Virus record (IMG/VR): IMGVR_UViG_3300008450_005828
DNA length: 64,000 nt
Direction: 5' to 3' (one strand)
Source of the DNA: an uncultured virus (IMG/VR IMGVR_UViG_3300008450_005828)
Lineage: Duplodnaviria; Heunggongvirae; Uroviricota; Caudoviricetes
In this document: in pieces, positions 9,144 through 19,396 of the stretch
Layout of the letters: every line of letters begins with the position of its first letter
Position numbering within the stretch: position 1 is the stretch's first letter
Translations under genes and position numbers: made by a program
The notes under the pieces: model-generated
Databases searched by the model: none
Seen by the model: only the letters and a program-made list of their open reading frames with translations
What the model was told of the DNA's origin: nothing

Positions 9144-9453
9144 AAGAAAAGTTCATCCCGATCCTGAAACAGAAGAACACTGGCAAGAAATTTTTGATTC
9201 TGTCGAGATGGACTATCTTCCTCTAGAATATATTGACCGCATACTAATTACTTTTCAAGACGGTAGTGTATGGGACATTGATATAAAAGATAGTAAAAAA
9301 AAGCAACCTATCGAACAAATAGAAGATTCGTTAGATCAACTTTTTGAAGAATATGACGACAACATCGAATCTATTGATTTTAGACTTGACTTAAAACGTG
9401 TTCAGACAGACGTTAGTAAGCGTGTTTATAAGTTCTTAAAATTAAACAGATAA
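9136..9453 (+). CDS. hypothetical acidic phage protein
   Basis: 105-aa ORF, GTG start overlapping the upstream gene. Confidence 0.7.
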   Translation: MPKRKVHPDPETEEHWQEIFDSVEMDYLPLEYIDRILITFQDGSVWDIDIKDSKKKQPIEQIEDSLDQLFEEYDDNIESIDFRLDLKRVQTDVSKRVYKFLKLNR

Positions 9454-9454
9454 T

Positions 9455-9505
9455 AAATCTCCTAGAGTGATAAATATATAAAAGTATTATCACTCTAGGA
9501 GATTT
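9455..9505 (+). promoter_or_regulatory. 19-bp perfect inverted repeat overlapping a TAAATA promoter and sequestering the RBS of the fibre gene
   Basis: AAATCTCCTAGAGTGATAA (9455-9473) / TTATCACTCTAGGAGATTT (9487-9505). TAAATA at 9471-9476 and AGGAG at 9497-9501. Confidence 0.75.
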
Positions 9506-9510
9506 TCAAT

Positions 9511-11139
9511 ATGGCATTGCGATTAAGACGCGGGACTGAGGCAGAAAGAGGTTCTGTCATCTTTCAAGAAGGCGAATTAGTTTATGTAACTGACACCAAA
9601 GACCTTTATGCCGGAGACGGGGTAACACCTGGAGGTATTAAAGTTTCTAATGTTGGATCTCCAGATGCACTTACACAAAACTTAGACTTAGACGGATTCA
9701 ACATTCTCGGAAGTGGTACTGTTACTGCAACTGCCTTTGTAGGCGACGGCAGCGGACTTACTAACTTACCTATCGGTGCAGGCGGTGTAGTCGAGGGTGT
9801 AAATTACAGAATTAATATTGTTGGAAACGATAGTAGTACTATTGTAAATTCTGCTACAAATACATTAACCGGTTTGTTTGTAGGCGACGGTAGCAATATT
9901 ACCAACATCTTACTAGACCAACTCGACGATGCATTTATATCATTTCCTAGCAACGGAGAAGTGCTAACTTACACTGATGGCTTCTGGGTTAACGCACCCG
10001 CAACCGGTGGCGAAGGTATAGTTGCAGGTGGCGACTATCGAATCAATATTATCGGAACCGATAGCACTAGAATAATTGATACTAATACAAATACAATAAG
10101 TGGACAGTTTGTTGGAGAACTTTCTGGTTCTGTATTTACAGACAACTCGTCAATAATTATTGACGGCATTGACGGAACAATATATTCTGATAGTATAAAA
10201 CATACAGGCGGTGCTCTAAAAGTAGAAAACGCTACTGTTGGGGTTAGAACTACTCTTAATGTTAATAGTGTTGACGAACTTTCTAGAGTAACAATATCAA
10301 GAGAGTCAAACTCAACAATTAACGATAGTATGGTTTATGGTAGATTAGATTTTGTAAAAAACGATCCTGGCGGACTTGTCACTACTGCAACTGTTGGTGC
10401 TGATAACCTAGGATTATTTTTTGCTATTAACCCAACAGGAATTACTTCTAACGAACCTGAGTACGTTGTTTTTTCTGCAGATAATAATTTTGGAATAGGA
10501 GTTTTTGATCCGCAAACAAAACTTGAAATTAAAGACGGCAGTTTAAGATTCAACGAATCAAGAAATCTTTTAGACATCTCTCCGGCTTCACTTTACGAAC
10601 TAACTGTTGATATCAATAACAACACACTAGCGTTCTATGACGGTGTTGAATGGAGAAATATTGTAGCATCCGGAAGCACAGCACTTGAAACAGTGTTACC
10701 TGGAGGTTTATTTATTGGAGCATATGATCAAGCCACTATAAATTCTTTTGGACTTGACAGTGCAAACATTACCGGTTCTATAGTTTATAATTCAGATAGC
10801 GACAGATTTGAATTTTTCCAATCCGGTTCATGGATCCCGCTTGCAAATCAAGAACTCGAAGAAACATCTGATGTACGTTTTGCAAGTGTTACTGCCGATA
10901 GTTTCATTAGTACCGGAGCAGGAACTCCTACACTAGAAAGTGCTACAAACCTCGATCTACAAGCAGGTAACGCTGTTAGAGTAATAGGTGCTCCATTTAG
11001 ATTAGCAAATCTTACAACAACTCAACGAAATGCATTAACTGCTGCAAATGGCGATATGATATACAACTCAACTGCAAACAGAATTCAGGCATATCAAAAC
11101 GGTGCTTGGATTAATCTAGACGACGGAACTTCTGCATAA
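9511..11139 (+). CDS. virion structural protein, tail-fibre-like
   Basis: N-terminal MALRLRRGT...GELVYVTDTK.LYAGDG motif typical of phage fibre proteins. G/T/S/N-rich, with repeated G.I.YNS....F...G.W modules. Confidence 0.7.
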   Translation: MALRLRRGTEAERGSVIFQEGELVYVTDTKDLYAGDGVTPGGIKVSNVGSPDALTQNLDLDGFNILGSGTVTATAFVGDGSGLTNLPIGAGGVVEGVNYRINIVGNDSSTIVNSATNTLTGLFVGDGSNITNILLDQLDDAFISFPSNGEVLTYTDGFWVNAPATGGEGIVAGGDYRINIIGTDSTRIIDTNTNTISGQFVGELSGSVFTDNSSIIIDGIDGTIYSDSIKHTGGALKVENATVGVRTTLNVNSVDELSRVTISRESNSTINDSMVYGRLDFVKNDPGGLVTTATVGADNLGLFFAINPTGITSNEPEYVVFSADNNFGIGVFDPQTKLEIKDGSLRFNESRNLLDISPASLYELTVDINNNTLAFYDGVEWRNIVASGSTALETVLPGGLFIGAYDQATINSFGLDSANITGSIVYNSDSDRFEFFQSGSWIPLANQELEETSDVRFASVTADSFISTGAGTPTLESATNLDLQAGNAVRVIGAPFRLANLTTTQRNALTAANGDMIYNSTANRIQAYQNGAWINLDDGTSA

Positions 11140-12710
11140 TGGAAACCAAAGAATATATCGTTAGCACAATACGTGGTATAGATATTGCAGATGTCGATAC
11201 AGAGATGACTGCGTCAACTGGTAGTAGTACTATTCCAAATAGAAGTTGTGAAATCTGCAATAGTAGACCATTAAGTACTAGACAGACTCATTATCATTTA
11301 ACTGATGCCGAAGCAGAAGCATTACGCAACGATCCTAGAATTTATTCTGTAGAAATTCCGCCAAATCAACGTGATGATATTTCTATTGGTCACAATGCTG
11401 TGCAAACTGGCAATTTTACTAAAACAAGTTCGGACTCGGGGAGTTTTATCAACTGGGGTTTAAAACGTTGTATTTCTGAAACTAATAATTACGGATCTGG
11501 AACTACTATTGATAACTTATTTTCCTACAGTGCTGATGGTTCAGGTGTTGACATTGTTATACACGATTCAGGATTACAAGTTGATCATCCTGAATTCAAC
11601 GATGCAAATGGTATTAGTAGAGTTCAACTAATCAATTGGTATACAGAAAGTGGCTTGGCAGGAACACAAAGTGTAAACCATTATAGAGACTACGACGGAC
11701 ACGGTACACACGTTGGAGGAATTGCTGCTGGCAAAACATTTGGGTGGGCCAAAAATGCAAGAATCTATGCTCTTAAGGTTAATGGTTTAGAAGGTGCTGG
11801 CGATAGCGGAACTGGAATTTCTATCACAGACTGTTTTGATGTTGTAAAAGGGTGGCACCAAAACAAACCCATTGATCCAGCAACTGGATATAAACGACCA
11901 ACTGTGGTAAATATGAGTTGGGGATATGGTACAACCTTTACAAATATCACCGGCGGGTCATATCGAGGTACTCCATGGGTAGGTACTAGTAGAGATACAT
12001 CAAAAGGAATGATCGGTTCCTTTACCCTTTCTGGTTATAGACACGTTGTTAGAGTAGATTCAGTAGATGTCGATTTACAAGAACTTATTGATGTAGGTGT
12101 GCATGTGTTTATTGCTGCTGGAAATACATACCAAAAAATTGATGTATCCGGCGGTCTCGACTACAACAACTATTATACTAAAACAGGTACCGGCGATGTT
12201 TATTATCACAGAGGTGGTTCACCCATAGACGACCAAGCGTTTATGGTTGGCAACATCGATAGTACAGTGTTTAGTGCAACCACCGAATACAAAGCCAGCA
12301 GTAGCGAAAGTGGACCTGGCGTAGATATTTGGGCACCCGGTACAAATATTATGAGTTGCACTAGTACAACCAACGAATGGGGTGGCGGATCTCAAAATTA
12401 CTATTTAGACAGTAATTATAGACAGACAAATATCGGTGGTACTAGTATGGCGTCACCACAGGTTGCTGGTGTTGCAGCATGTTATTTGCAAATCAATCCG
12501 CAAATGACTCCTGCACAACTCAAAACAAAAATACTTGCTGACAGTAAACAAAACGTTGTTTATACAACAGGGTTAAGCAATGATTACACCAATGACCGAA
12601 GTATCGAAGGTGGCAATAATCTTTTCTTATACAATAAGTATAACCAAGCAACAGTTGGCGGAATTACCGGACCAATGTCAACAACAGTACTATTAAAAAA
12701 TAAAAACTAA
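11139..12710 (+). CDS. subtilisin-like S8 serine protease
   Basis: Catalytic triad motifs IHDSG, HGTHVGG and GTSMASP, plus oxyanion AAGN. Confidence 0.92.
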   Translation: METKEYIVSTIRGIDIADVDTEMTASTGSSTIPNRSCEICNSRPLSTRQTHYHLTDAEAEALRNDPRIYSVEIPPNQRDDISIGHNAVQTGNFTKTSSDSGSFINWGLKRCISETNNYGSGTTIDNLFSYSADGSGVDIVIHDSGLQVDHPEFNDANGISRVQLINWYTESGLAGTQSVNHYRDYDGHGTHVGGIAAGKTFGWAKNARIYALKVNGLEGAGDSGTGISITDCFDVVKGWHQNKPIDPATGYKRPTVVNMSWGYGTTFTNITGGSYRGTPWVGTSRDTSKGMIGSFTLSGYRHVVRVDSVDVDLQELIDVGVHVFIAAGNTYQKIDVSGGLDYNNYYTKTGTGDVYYHRGGSPIDDQAFMVGNIDSTVFSATTEYKASSSESGPGVDIWAPGTNIMSCTSTTNEWGGGSQNYYLDSNYRQTNIGGTSMASPQVAGVAACYLQINPQMTPAQLKTKILADSKQNVVYTTGLSNDYTNDRSIEGGNNLFLYNKYNQATVGGITGPMSTTVLLKNKN

Positions 12711-12740
12711 ATTTAATCAAAAAAAATATATCTATGCAAT

Positions 12741-12774
12741 AAGTGTGCTAATTACAGTTAGCACACTTTCTTTT
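12741..12774 (+). terminator. hairpin / probable terminator
   Basis: AAGTGTGCTAA, 6-nt loop, TTAGCACACTT, followed by TCTTTT. Contains TAATTA, so it may also be a promoter. Confidence 0.55.
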
Positions 12775-12784
12775 AGAGGTTTTA

Positions 12785-13909
12785 ATGAATAAACTAGAAA
12801 ACTATTGTCTTGCAACATCGGTATCTTCGCCTACCCTTGTAATTGATTTAAATATTGTAGAAGAGAATTTTAATATTTTTAAAAATTCTCTTCAAGATTA
12901 TAAAATACACTATGCTGTTAAAGCTAACCCAAACCTCGATGTATTAAAACTGTTAGTAAAATTAGATAGTTATTTTGATGTTGCTAGTGGCAACGAAATT
13001 AAACAATGTCTTAAAGCAGGAGCCGATCCTAAAAAATTAAGTTTTGGTAGTACTATTAAAAGTATAAAGGATATAAAATACTCTTACAAAAACGGTGTAA
13101 CACTGTTTGCTGCGGATTCAATCGAAGAATTAAAAAAAATAGAAACCTATGCACCCGGCAGCGATGTGTTTATTCGTGTACTACTTGGAGACACTGAAGC
13201 ACTAAGACCGTTGAATAAAAAATTCGGCTGTAGTACCGACATGGCAGAACATCTATTCGAACAAGCAAAAAATTTAAATATTAATTTAGTAGGACTTAGT
13301 TTTCATGTTGGATCGCAAACATTACATCCACACATGTGGTTTGATAGTTTAGATATAGTATCAACACTTTGGAATAAATTAAAAAATAAAGGATATAATT
13401 TAACAGTCCTTAATATCGGGGGTGGATTTCCTTCTAAGTACGACGAAGATATCACCAATGTGCCTATATATTGTAACGTAATTAAAAACACAATACAACA
13501 AAAATTTGGTGCTGTTGAAAATATTTTTGCAGAACCGGGTAGAGCGTTAGTTGCAAATTCTGGTATTGTAATTGCAGAATCTATACTAGTGAGTAAAAAA
13601 GATATCAACGATACAGATACATGGCTGTATCTTAACATAGGAAGATTTGGAGGACTTTATAGTACAGATGGAGAGATTTTTAAATATAAAATAACTGCAC
13701 CCCACTCTAGTGGCGAAAATGTTCCATATATAGTTGCTGGTCCAACATTGCACAGTGCTGACATTTTATACGAAAAATATCGACCATTACTGCCAAAGGA
13801 TATTAAAAGCGGAGATAAAATTTTAATATATAACACAGGATCATATACTAGTGTTTATTCAACTAGATTTAACGGATTTAGTCCTATTAAAACGAAAGTG
13901 TTAAAATGA
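12785..13909 (+). CDS. fold-type III PLP decarboxylase, ornithine/lysine decarboxylase-like
   Basis: YAVKAN (PLP lysine), FDVAS, KFG, FHVGSQ, NIGGGF and AEPGR. The usual GPTCD reads GPTLH here. Confidence 0.88.
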   Translation: MNKLENYCLATSVSSPTLVIDLNIVEENFNIFKNSLQDYKIHYAVKANPNLDVLKLLVKLDSYFDVASGNEIKQCLKAGADPKKLSFGSTIKSIKDIKYSYKNGVTLFAADSIEELKKIETYAPGSDVFIRVLLGDTEALRPLNKKFGCSTDMAEHLFEQAKNLNINLVGLSFHVGSQTLHPHMWFDSLDIVSTLWNKLKNKGYNLTVLNIGGGFPSKYDEDITNVPIYCNVIKNTIQQKFGAVENIFAEPGRALVANSGIVIAESILVSKKDINDTDTWLYLNIGRFGGLYSTDGEIFKYKITAPHSSGENVPYIVAGPTLHSADILYEKYRPLLPKDIKSGDKILIYNTGSYTSVYSTRFNGFSPIKTKVLK

Positions 13910-14478
13910 AGGTTGTTAATATTTTAAAATACGGAGAGATAACTGATCAGTATTTTTATAAAAAATTTTTACTACTTTTAGAAGAATTGTCGTTGTCAGA
14001 AGATAAAAGAAAAGAAAATTATTCATTAAGATCTCTTGACCTTGAAAATCATATGACTTTCGATTTACTAGTTGATAACAAAAAGATTGTTTGCTTTAGC
14101 GGACTTTATAATAGACCAGCATGGGGCGAAGGTATATTTAGAAGTTCAAATAGAACCTTTGTCAATCCAGAATACAGAACCAAAGTATATAATTTTTTAA
14201 ATCCACAATTTATTGTACCTTCGCAAGTTGAATTTCACAAAAACGAAATTAGTTTGGTTTTTAATTCAAGAGAACACTACAAAGCAGAGTTATATTTTAA
14301 AAAAGCAAAAGAAAAGATTGAGTTTTATAATGACTGGATAATACATCCCGGAATGGTACATGTTGTACCAAGGTCAAATAAAAAATCTGCTTATCAAAAA
14401 ATAATGTATAAAATGTTTAAGGGCGAAATACCATTTAACTTTATAAGCACAGAAGAATGGAAATCCTTAAAAGAATGA
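13906..14478 (+). CDS. hypothetical protein, possibly GNAT-like
   Basis: 190-aa ORF coupled by ATGA overlap. Weak resemblance to 53555-54163 (IVCFSGL...FRSSNRTF vs VVGSIAA...YRIAARTC). Confidence 0.55.
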   Translation: MKVVNILKYGEITDQYFYKKFLLLLEELSLSEDKRKENYSLRSLDLENHMTFDLLVDNKKIVCFSGLYNRPAWGEGIFRSSNRTFVNPEYRTKVYNFLNPQFIVPSQVEFHKNEISLVFNSREHYKAELYFKKAKEKIEFYNDWIIHPGMVHVVPRSNKKSAYQKIMYKMFKGEIPFNFISTEEWKSLKE

Positions 14479-15875
14479 ATTCTGTCGTAGATTTTCTAAA
14501 GCATAATGCTGTTAATCATAAATCAAAAATTGCAATATTAGATGAAACAACTTCGTTATCTAATTCCGAGTTTTTTATTAAAATTCAAACTGCTTCCGAT
14601 ATATTAAAAACAATTGGTGTTAAAAAATATCATAAAATTATGATGATAAGCAATAATTCTATTGACTTTTTTGTATTGTTTTTTGCTATAAAATTACTTG
14701 GAGGTATTCCTATATTAATTAGTACTGCAATAAACAACAAAGAATTAACAGTAATTGTTGAAAAATCAAATCCAAATTTTGTGTTTTTAGCAAGTCAAAA
14801 AATAGAAAGATTTTTTGACGAACAAATAATAGGAACTGTGTTAACTTTTAATTATATTAAAACAAAAAACCTCAACATAGACACATCATTAGATAAAACA
14901 GGTGTTATGCTACATACTTCAGGAACAAGTGGAAATATTAAAGTTGTAGCATTGTCTGAAGATAATTTAATTTCTGGAGCAATAAAGACAAAAAAGAATA
15001 GAGCCGTTACTGAACAAGACGTCTTATATTTAATTTTACCTGCTACTTTTGTATTTGGATTAAATCTTACACTTGGTATATTTTACTCTTCGGGTTCTGT
15101 ATTTGTGGCTAATAAATTTAAAAGATCACACGTAAAATCTTTTGAAAAAAATAAGATATCCATGTTATCATCGACTCCAATTAGCCTGTCGAGAATCACT
15201 TCTATAATGGAGGAACAACAAATTTCTGCATCATCTATAAGATACATTTCTTACGGAGGCGATGCACTAACCGAAGAACGTAAAAACTATATAGAAAAAT
15301 TCTTCAATCTAAAACTAGTAAACGGCTACGGCATGACAGAAACTACTGCTACCATTAGTATTAACGACGGAACTATGAAAGGCGTAGGAAAACTAATCAA
15401 CGGGTTAGAATTAAAATTTATGTTAGACAACAAACAAACATCAACAGAAGGAATAGTATATCTTCGTGGAGATACTATAGGACAAGGATATTATGAATCC
15501 AATACTAGCATTACTCCGTACACAGATAACGGATGGTTTAATACTGGCGATTATGGCAAACTTGTTGACGGTGATTTGGTTTTAATTGGTCGTTATAAAG
15601 ATCTATTCCTATATAACAGTGTAGCATATAATCCAGTTAACATCGAAAACGAACTACAAAAAATTATTAACAAGACAGTTATTATAGTGCAAAACAAAGA
15701 AAACAATTATGTGTTTGTAAAAAGTGTTTCTGATAGCGATAAATACCGGATAGACAACTATATGAAATTAGTGTATAATATAGACAGGTTGATATATTTA
15801 AATTTAAAAAAAATTCCTATGTCTTATAACGGAAAAATAAAAAGAAACGAACTTTTAAAGAAAGTACTTGTATAA
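14475..15875 (+). CDS. AMP-binding (ANL superfamily) acyl-adenylate ligase
   Basis: HTSGTSGNIK P-loop, GYGMTET, WFNTGDYG, IGR and the C-terminal NGKI lysine. Confidence 0.88.
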   Translation: MNSVVDFLKHNAVNHKSKIAILDETTSLSNSEFFIKIQTASDILKTIGVKKYHKIMMISNNSIDFFVLFFAIKLLGGIPILISTAINNKELTVIVEKSNPNFVFLASQKIERFFDEQIIGTVLTFNYIKTKNLNIDTSLDKTGVMLHTSGTSGNIKVVALSEDNLISGAIKTKKNRAVTEQDVLYLILPATFVFGLNLTLGIFYSSGSVFVANKFKRSHVKSFEKNKISMLSSTPISLSRITSIMEEQQISASSIRYISYGGDALTEERKNYIEKFFNLKLVNGYGMTETTATISINDGTMKGVGKLINGLELKFMLDNKQTSTEGIVYLRGDTIGQGYYESNTSITPYTDNGWFNTGDYGKLVDGDLVLIGRYKDLFLYNSVAYNPVNIENELQKIINKTVIIVQNKENNYVFVKSVSDSDKYRIDNYMKLVYNIDRLIYLNLKKIPMSYNGKIKRNELLKKVLV

Positions 15876-16735
15876 TGATAGGTCATGATTATAGTAACGA
15901 TGTGTCAATGATAACTCATATAGAAGATAATTGTTTGTTTGTAACAAACAATGACTATACTGATTACATGAAAGATTTTTTGTTTTACGAATTTACACTA
16001 GAAGAACTCGGACTACCGTCTGCTGAGACTATGTTAGAAAATATTTTACAATTAGAAAAAGAAGTTGGATTGTACAACTGGACTACTAAAAACTTCGAAT
16101 TTGATGATTACAAAGGATTTTCGTTAACTTATAATAAAGACTATATAGGCGATCAAGGGCTGTATAATCAAACTATGGGTACCAAAGAAATGACTCAAGT
16201 TTACGGAATTAGAGGAGAAAAGAGTTTACCGGGTGTTATAAAAAATACCTATTATGATACATTCGGTTTTAGACATGTTCATCCGGTTGTAAGAAAGTAC
16301 TTTAACAATTTGTTTAATAAATTTAATTGCGGATTGTCTAGATCAAGAGTAAGTTATTTTTATCCACATAAAACCAAATTACCCGATACTTCGGGTATTC
16401 ATGTTGACGAGTTGCCACTTTATCTGCTAAGAGTTAATATTCCACTTAAGACTAACAGTAATCATATTTTAAAGGCCGAAGGCAAAGACAAGTACGGAAA
16501 TAAATTATCTATCGAAAAACATCTCGAAGTCGGTAAAGCATATATTTGGAATACAATAATTCCGCATCAAGTTACTGTAAAAGAAGAAACTACAGATACC
16601 GAACCGAGAATACATTTAGTGTTAGGTCTTACTCCGTGGTTAGATTATAATGAATCCAACGATGAATGGAGATTTAATTCTAATTATAAAAAATCGTTAA
16701 AAGAAATTGTACAAAATAAACTTTTTGTAAAATGA
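15875..16735 (+). CDS. Fe(II)/2OG-type oxygenase (AspH-like DSBH)
   Basis: IHVDE...RVNIPL...YIWNTIIPHQV...RIHLV, giving an HxD...H facial triad. Confidence 0.7.
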   Translation: MIGHDYSNDVSMITHIEDNCLFVTNNDYTDYMKDFLFYEFTLEELGLPSAETMLENILQLEKEVGLYNWTTKNFEFDDYKGFSLTYNKDYIGDQGLYNQTMGTKEMTQVYGIRGEKSLPGVIKNTYYDTFGFRHVHPVVRKYFNNLFNKFNCGLSRSRVSYFYPHKTKLPDTSGIHVDELPLYLLRVNIPLKTNSNHILKAEGKDKYGNKLSIEKHLEVGKAYIWNTIIPHQVTVKEETTDTEPRIHLVLGLTPWLDYNESNDEWRFNSNYKKSLKEIVQNKLFVK

Positions 16736-18003
16736 GTTCTATAAGCATTTCTGAAGTTGAGGGCTATTTAAAGTCAAAGTTAACAGCGCCTACGATTGCA
16801 AATCCGGCAATTTATATCAACTGCGGATCTATTGATTCCGGTATTATTCCCTATGATATTGTTGATAAAAATTCATTTCCTCGATTCATCTCAAGTACTG
16901 AAAGTCATAAACATATAAAAGTGTTACTTGACCATAAAGAACACGATTACTATATTATTAATAAAGATTATAAAACAGATAATCAATGTAAATTTTCAAA
17001 AAATAATCATTTAAGTTTTGGATATGGACTAACTGCATTACCAAAATTACCAAAACTACCCTTTATTGAAAGATTTGCTATACCTGACAATACTGAAAAT
17101 TTAATTTGGTGGGAAGAATGTAAAAAAAGTGCAATCGATATTAAATCCAAATATCGAGATATATTCTTATGTTTTAGCGGTGGAATCGATTCAGAATTAA
17201 TGGGTCTTGCATTTGTTGACGCAAACGTAGACTTTATAGGATTTTCATTAGTATACAAACATAAAGATCATATATTAAATCACCACGATGTTATTAATGC
17301 TATTAACTTTTGTAAAAAATATAATATTAAACATATTACAAAAGAAATAAACATTCTCGAAGATCTTTATAACAATCGTCATAGAGATTATTTTATTAAT
17401 GGAGTATATGAAACATATTTTCTAATTCCGGGATTATATACACAACAGTTAATGATCGAATACATAAACAGTATAGGTGCTGTTCCTGTTATGGCATCAG
17501 ACCAAGTTGAGATAAAATTTAACAAAGATAAAGAGCCAGTAATAGGCGATTGCTCGTACTCTATCGGATTATCTGCACCCACCTGGGCTCATATAACAAA
17601 CAAAACCTGTATATATGATTTTTTTATGTATAGCCCAGAACAAATATATTCATTTCTCGATATTAACGATGTTAAAAACACCACTACAGTTGACTATGAT
17701 TTTAAATTTAAAATTAGTAAAAAATATGGAAACCCTAATGTAAATTATTATAACAAATTAACCGGTTACGAATTTATAAAAGAATACTTAAAAGAGTATT
17801 TTAATAAAGATCTACATGAACTTACTATGCAAACAATAGATGATATAGACTGGACTTTAAAACCAATGACACAATATATTCATCCCATCAAAGATATTTT
17901 AACAGAAAAAGCGTTTAACAATTGGCAAATTATTAGAACCACTTCAAACGACTTTTTAACTAGAGGATTTGACGAAAATGACACAAGTTACTACGATTTT
18001 TAA
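16732..18003 (+). CDS. PP-loop (N-type ATP pyrophosphatase) domain protein
   Basis: LCFSGGIDSE PP-loop after an unrecognised ~140-aa N-terminal region. Confidence 0.65.
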   Translation: MSSISISEVEGYLKSKLTAPTIANPAIYINCGSIDSGIIPYDIVDKNSFPRFISSTESHKHIKVLLDHKEHDYYIINKDYKTDNQCKFSKNNHLSFGYGLTALPKLPKLPFIERFAIPDNTENLIWWEECKKSAIDIKSKYRDIFLCFSGGIDSELMGLAFVDANVDFIGFSLVYKHKDHILNHHDVINAINFCKKYNIKHITKEINILEDLYNNRHRDYFINGVYETYFLIPGLYTQQLMIEYINSIGAVPVMASDQVEIKFNKDKEPVIGDCSYSIGLSAPTWAHITNKTCIYDFFMYSPEQIYSFLDINDVKNTTTVDYDFKFKISKKYGNPNVNYYNKLTGYEFIKEYLKEYFNKDLHELTMQTIDDIDWTLKPMTQYIHPIKDILTEKAFNNWQIIRTTSNDFLTRGFDENDTSYYDF

Positions 18004-19363
18004 AGAATTTAATCATAATATAACTATTTTAGGTGCAGGAAGCATCTGTGTTGCATTGCTTCCTCTCTTAAAAAAACATATAAAGTCTAATAAAATAACA
18101 ATTATATCCAACGACAGTCGAAATTGGAGTATAACTAACAAGTATGATGTCGAAAGAGTAATTGAAAATATTAGCATTGACAACTACAAAAACATTTTAC
18201 AAAAATATACATCAAAAGGCGATATTGTTATTAATTTAACAGTAGATGTATCATCAAAAGATTTAGTTGAAGAATGTCAAAAAAACGATGTTATGTACAT
18301 AGACACTTGTATTCAGCCGTGGCCAGGATTTTTTGATAACTTCGATATGGATCCTAGAGATAGAACAAACTACTCTCTAAGAGAAGACATGATAAAAAAT
18401 AAAAAAACATCAAAAAATAAAGCAACAGCCGTTCTTTCACACGGTGCTAATCCTGGATTAGTTAATCATTTAGTTAAAGATGCACTAATTGATATTGCAA
18501 AAAAACTTAATGTCAACGAAACTCCAACATCTCAACTAGACTGGGCAGATCTTGCTAAAAAAGTAGGTCTTAAAGTTATACATGTTTCCGAACGAGATTC
18601 ACAATTTGATTTAGATAAGAAAAAACCAAACGAATTTGTAAACACATGGAGCGTAGATGGTTTTATTGCTGAAGGTATCCTTCCTGCTGAACTCGGTTGG
18701 GGGTCACACGAACCCGAACTTCCGGATAACGGAGTGACTCATATACACGGAAGTAAAGCATCTATATTTTTAAACAATCCCGGATGTGCAACAAAAGTAA
18801 AATCTTGGGCTCCAAATGCTAAAGAATTTGAAGGATTTTTAATAACACACCAAGAATCTATAACTTTAGCAGAATTTTTGTCAATTAATGACGATCATTC
18901 TTTATACAGACCTACAGTTCATTATGCCTACCATCCTTGCGACCAAGCAGTTGAAAGTTTAAATGAACTTACACAAAACAATCTTAAAGGTCAAGCACAA
19001 TCTAGAATTATAACAGATAGCATAGTAGGCGGAATGGACGAATTAGGCGTATTGTTAATGGGAGAATTTGGCTCTTATTGGGTAGGTAGTCAATTGTCTA
19101 TTGACGAAACTAGAAATTTAGTTGAAAACAATAATGCAACTAGTTTACAAGTTGTTGCTCCATTATGTAGTGCAATTTTATGGATGATGGATAATACACA
19201 TAACGGAATTTTAGAACCCGATGACTTACCCTATAACTTTATAATTGAAAATTCAAAACCATACTTAGGAAAATATGTTAAAGAATATTCAGATTGGTAT
19301 CCAAATAGTTCAACAGAAAAAACTTGGGAGTTTAAACACTATCTTATCAAAAATAAAATGTAA
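17978..19363 (+). CDS. hss: homospermidine synthase
   Basis: HGANPGLV, NTWSVDGFIAEG..PAELGWG.HE, YRPTVHYAYHPC, GMDELGVLL and NATSLQV, with an N-terminal Rossmann GAGSI. Confidence 0.9.
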   Translation: MTQVTTIFKEFNHNITILGAGSICVALLPLLKKHIKSNKITIISNDSRNWSITNKYDVERVIENISIDNYKNILQKYTSKGDIVINLTVDVSSKDLVEECQKNDVMYIDTCIQPWPGFFDNFDMDPRDRTNYSLREDMIKNKKTSKNKATAVLSHGANPGLVNHLVKDALIDIAKKLNVNETPTSQLDWADLAKKVGLKVIHVSERDSQFDLDKKKPNEFVNTWSVDGFIAEGILPAELGWGSHEPELPDNGVTHIHGSKASIFLNNPGCATKVKSWAPNAKEFEGFLITHQESITLAEFLSINDDHSLYRPTVHYAYHPCDQAVESLNELTQNNLKGQAQSRIITDSIVGGMDELGVLLMGEFGSYWVGSQLSIDETRNLVENNNATSLQVVAPLCSAILWMMDNTHNGILEPDDLPYNFIIENSKPYLGKYVKEYSDWYPNSSTEKTWEFKHYLIKNKM

Positions 19364-19396
19364 AATAGAATAAATATTTTATATTGGAGTTATACT

